The notes beneath the pieces are model-generated. The model searched no databases, was not told the origin of the DNA, and saw only the letters and a list, made by a program, of their open reading frames with translations. The position numbers were made by a program, and so were the translations under genes. Below, piece by piece: positions 61,498-64,000 of a stretch of DNA of 64,000 nt; position 1 is the stretch's first letter, and each line of letters opens with the position of its first letter. Source of the stretch: Sedimentisphaerales bacterium (GTDB lineage: Bacteria > Planctomycetota > Phycisphaerae > Sedimentisphaerales > SM23-30); NCBI GenBank assembly GCA_963666285.1, contig OY762711.1; one strand, written 5' to 3'.

Positions 61498-64000
61498 TTA
61501 TTTAACTGTTGTTGGTGTACGGTATTGTTTTATAATGATTTTCGGCTTACTTCCTTTTAATAAAGCCGGATCAAATTCCATATTTACTTCATGAGACTGG
61601 CCCGGAATTAATGAGAAATAGTTATCATCCATAAAAACAGGTAATATTTGTTCATCTGTACGACTATTTACGAGCATAACTCGCACAGCAAAAGCAATAT
61701 TAGGAGCATTACTCGGACAGCTAATCGCTGCTGTTATTATTTGCATACGACCATATTTCCTTGATTTGGATTTCACGTTCAGATCTACTTCGGAAAGCGT
61801 ATTTAAGGCCGTATAATCCTGGTATTCATTACCACGCCAATAGAAGTTTTCAGAGATAAGGTTACCTTGTTTGTCATGCAGCTCTAATTTAATGAAGTGC
61901 ACGTCAGAGAGAGGATTAACCTCTTTTATACTTCTATCTTTATTGAAAACCTTAAATTCCCAGAGAGAACATCCCCATTGAGTAGCTCTTTTGATACCAA
62001 GCATTCGAACATAGCGACATTTTACAGGATCAATTTTTATTTTATCCTGGTTGCCGTTACCATCGTTACAGGTGTAAACATCAGTCCAACTTTTTGCATC
62101 GTCAGAAACCTGAAGCTTATAAGAAGAAGCGTAAGCGGCTTCCCAGTCGAGATGGATTTCATTAATCTCCTGAATTGATTCCAAATCAACATAAATCCAC
62201 TGCGAATCAAAATACATACTGCTCCAACGAGAACCGGCACCGCCATCAGTAGCTTCTGAAGGCAATGTATTATCAGCAGAAGATGAAGCAAAGGTCGGTT
62301 TCTTGTAAGCAAGATTATTCTTTTCCTCAAATCGAATGGTAAAACAGGTAACAGCTGTGTTTGACTCGGCATTAACCTTAGATGTGTACTGGAAGCCGGG
62401 AACTTCTTTGCCGTCCAGATTGTAAACAGTAGCAGAAGCAACAGCATCGTCCAGGTTATCTGATGATGTATTAACTACCCTGATGTCATTATTTGAGCAA
62501 TTCCAAAGTATATGGACCGGCTCGCAACCTTTCTTAGCACCCCAATATGCGCCGGTAAGATCATAATAGTAGTCATAAGTCTGCCAGACAAATGATGGAT
62601 ATGCACTCTGGCTCATCCAGATAAGAATCCCAGAGGCATCGTCCCAGATTCGGTCAGCCCACCCTTCATACATCGCTTTATTAGTTTCGATATTAACCAG
62701 CTGGGCCTTCTTACAGAAATCTTCAATATCCCCAGGCTCGCCATACCTGTCGACAATACTATCGTAATAACGGTCAGGACCGGCATTAGCGGCTGATTTG
62801 CCAAAGAAATGTTTATTCCACATTTCGTTTTGCGGCCACCATTTATCTTTAGGAATAAATTTTTTGAAACTTTCGAAATTAGAGAATACAGCGGTACCGA
62901 TTTCGGTTCTAAGCCCCCATCCTTTTTCACCGCCAAAACCAAGCGGCGGGCTGGCAAAATAACCCTTTGGTTCTAAATTTACCCATATACCACTTCCTGT
63001 CAAAGCATCAGAATGGGAGTTAGGATGATACCTCCTATCATTACCATCATAAACCTTTATATCTTCGCGCAGCCATTCATTCAAAGGCTCCAGCGGATAA
63101 CCTTCATTGTCACCACACCAAACAGCAATGCAGGCGTAGTTACGCAAACGTTTAACCTTCTCAACAGCATTTTTATTAAAAGCAAATACATCGCGGGGAA
63201 GGTTTGGGTGTGAATTGAGCCAAAAGTCATCCCAAACCATTATACCGTACTTATCACATGCATGGTAGAATTCTTCATCTGTAGTAGAGCCTATCCAGTT
63301 GCGAATCATATTATAGTTCATTTCCTTATGCAAACGAATTTTGGTATAATACTCATCACCACGACATCGCAGCATGTATTCAGACATCCCCCAGTTTCCA
63401 CCTTTCAAAAAAATCCTTTTGCCATTAACGGAAACATGAAGCACATTATCTTCGGTATCGTAACTGTATTTACGAATACCAAACTTTACTTTTTTAACAT
63501 CAGAGACAATCTTGTCTGCCTCAAACTTGAAATTGCAAGTATAAAGCGGCTGATCACCATAACCACTTGGCCACCACAAGCGGGGATTATTTAACGAAAG
63601 AACAGAATCACTTGAAGAATCAAAATATATTTTACTAAAATGATCTGCCCGAATTGATACATGCCTGGAAATTTTGATATTGCCAGGATTAATAATACCA
63701 GTTAAAACACCTGAAACATCAGAACCAGTGGAATTTTGTAGTTCAACTTCAATTGACAGATCAGCAGAAGAACCATCAAGCTTTTGAGTACGAATCCATG
63801 GATCTACAATCTGGACAGGACCGGTACAGCTCAAATACACATCATCAGTAATACCACTGAGTAAACCAGGGACATATGGCATCCAGTCCCAACTGGCACT
63901 CGAAATATATGTTGGGCCGGCATAATTGGGAATCGGCTCTACCGGACAATATACCAGCACAGCCAGGACATTCTGAGAATTTCTTTTAACGATTCTGGAA
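61498..64000 (-). CDS. GH2 beta-mannosidase-like glycosidase with an inserted F5/8 domain (5' end beyond the window)
   Basis: SWDWMP, LWWPSGYGDQPLY, IFLKGGNW, NMIRNW, WCGDNE, TEIG; WIYVDL..WEAAYA F5/8. The frame stays open to 64000. Confidence 0.9.
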   Translation of the reverse strand, partial: SRIVKRNSQNVLAVLVYCPVEPIPNYAGPTYISSASWDWMPYVPGLLSGITDDVYLSCTGPVQIVDPWIRTQKLDGSSADLSIEVELQNSTGSDVSGVLTGIINPGNIKISRHVSIRADHFSKIYFDSSSDSVLSLNNPRLWWPSGYGDQPLYTCNFKFEADKIVSDVKKVKFGIRKYSYDTEDNVLHVSVNGKRIFLKGGNWGMSEYMLRCRGDEYYTKIRLHKEMNYNMIRNWIGSTTDEEFYHACDKYGIMVWDDFWLNSHPNLPRDVFAFNKNAVEKVKRLRNYACIAVWCGDNEGYPLEPLNEWLREDIKVYDGNDRRYHPNSHSDALTGSGIWVNLEPKGYFASPPLGFGGEKGWGLRTEIGTAVFSNFESFKKFIPKDKWWPQNEMWNKHFFGKSAANAGPDRYYDSIVDRYGEPGDIEDFCKKAQLVNIETNKAMYEGWADRIWDDASGILIWMSQSAYPSFVWQTYDYYYDLTGAYWGAKKGCEPVHILWNCSNNDIRVVNTSSDNLDDAVASATVYNLDGKEVPGFQYTSKVNAESNTAVTCFTIRFEEKNNLAYKKPTFASSSADNTLPSEATDGGAGSRWSSMYFDSQWIYVDLESIQEINEIHLDWEAAYASSYKLQVSDDAKSWTDVYTCNDGNGNQDKIKIDPVKCRYVRMLGIKRATQWGCSLWEFKVFNKDRSIKEVNPLSDVHFIKLELHDKQGNLISENFYWRGNEYQDYTALNTLSEVDLNVKSKSRKYGRMQIITAAISCPSNAPNIAFAVRVMLVNSRTDEQILPVFMDDNYFSLIPGQSHEVNMEFDPALLKGSKPKIIIKQYRTPTTVK

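Overview
Bacterial chromosomal window of about 40% GC by eye. It is most likely from a Planctomycetota (Phycisphaerae/Sedimentisphaerales-like) anaerobe; this is inferred from the mtEF-G1-like EF-G, the divergent RNase HII-like gene, the sulfatase/CAZyme load and a dockerin-like C-terminal tail. The left end (1-8654) and right third (47166-64000) are glycan-degradation clusters: GH95, two GH92, a sulfatase-GH43 fusion, GH127/146, a modular GH43, GH130-like, GH38-like and GH2. The middle is largely housekeeping (purA, uppS, cdsA, trxB, hslU, UDG, rsgA, LptF/G, ComF, rnfB, dxr, rseP, uvrB, fusA), with a hemerythrin and its decayed duplicate, a MocR regulator, MscS, a sulfatase, GH18 and a GLUG surface protein. 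No rRNA, tRNA, CRISPR array, transposase or integrase was seen. The most striking unexplained structure is a composite non-coding element (small hairpin + variable 7-bp tandem array + 27-bp palindrome CTCAAACTGACC-N3-GGTCAGTTTGAG). It occurs four times in the same orientation at about 2-kb intervals, each interval holding exactly one gene, and two palindrome-less relatives lie at the 5' end of the GLUG gene. Also notable are candidate structured RNAs (the fusA leader with a possible kissing loop, the leader of a 74-aa membrane protein, and a hairpin between the GH2 and GH38 genes) and an HslU with no adjacent hslV and a non-canonical C-terminus.
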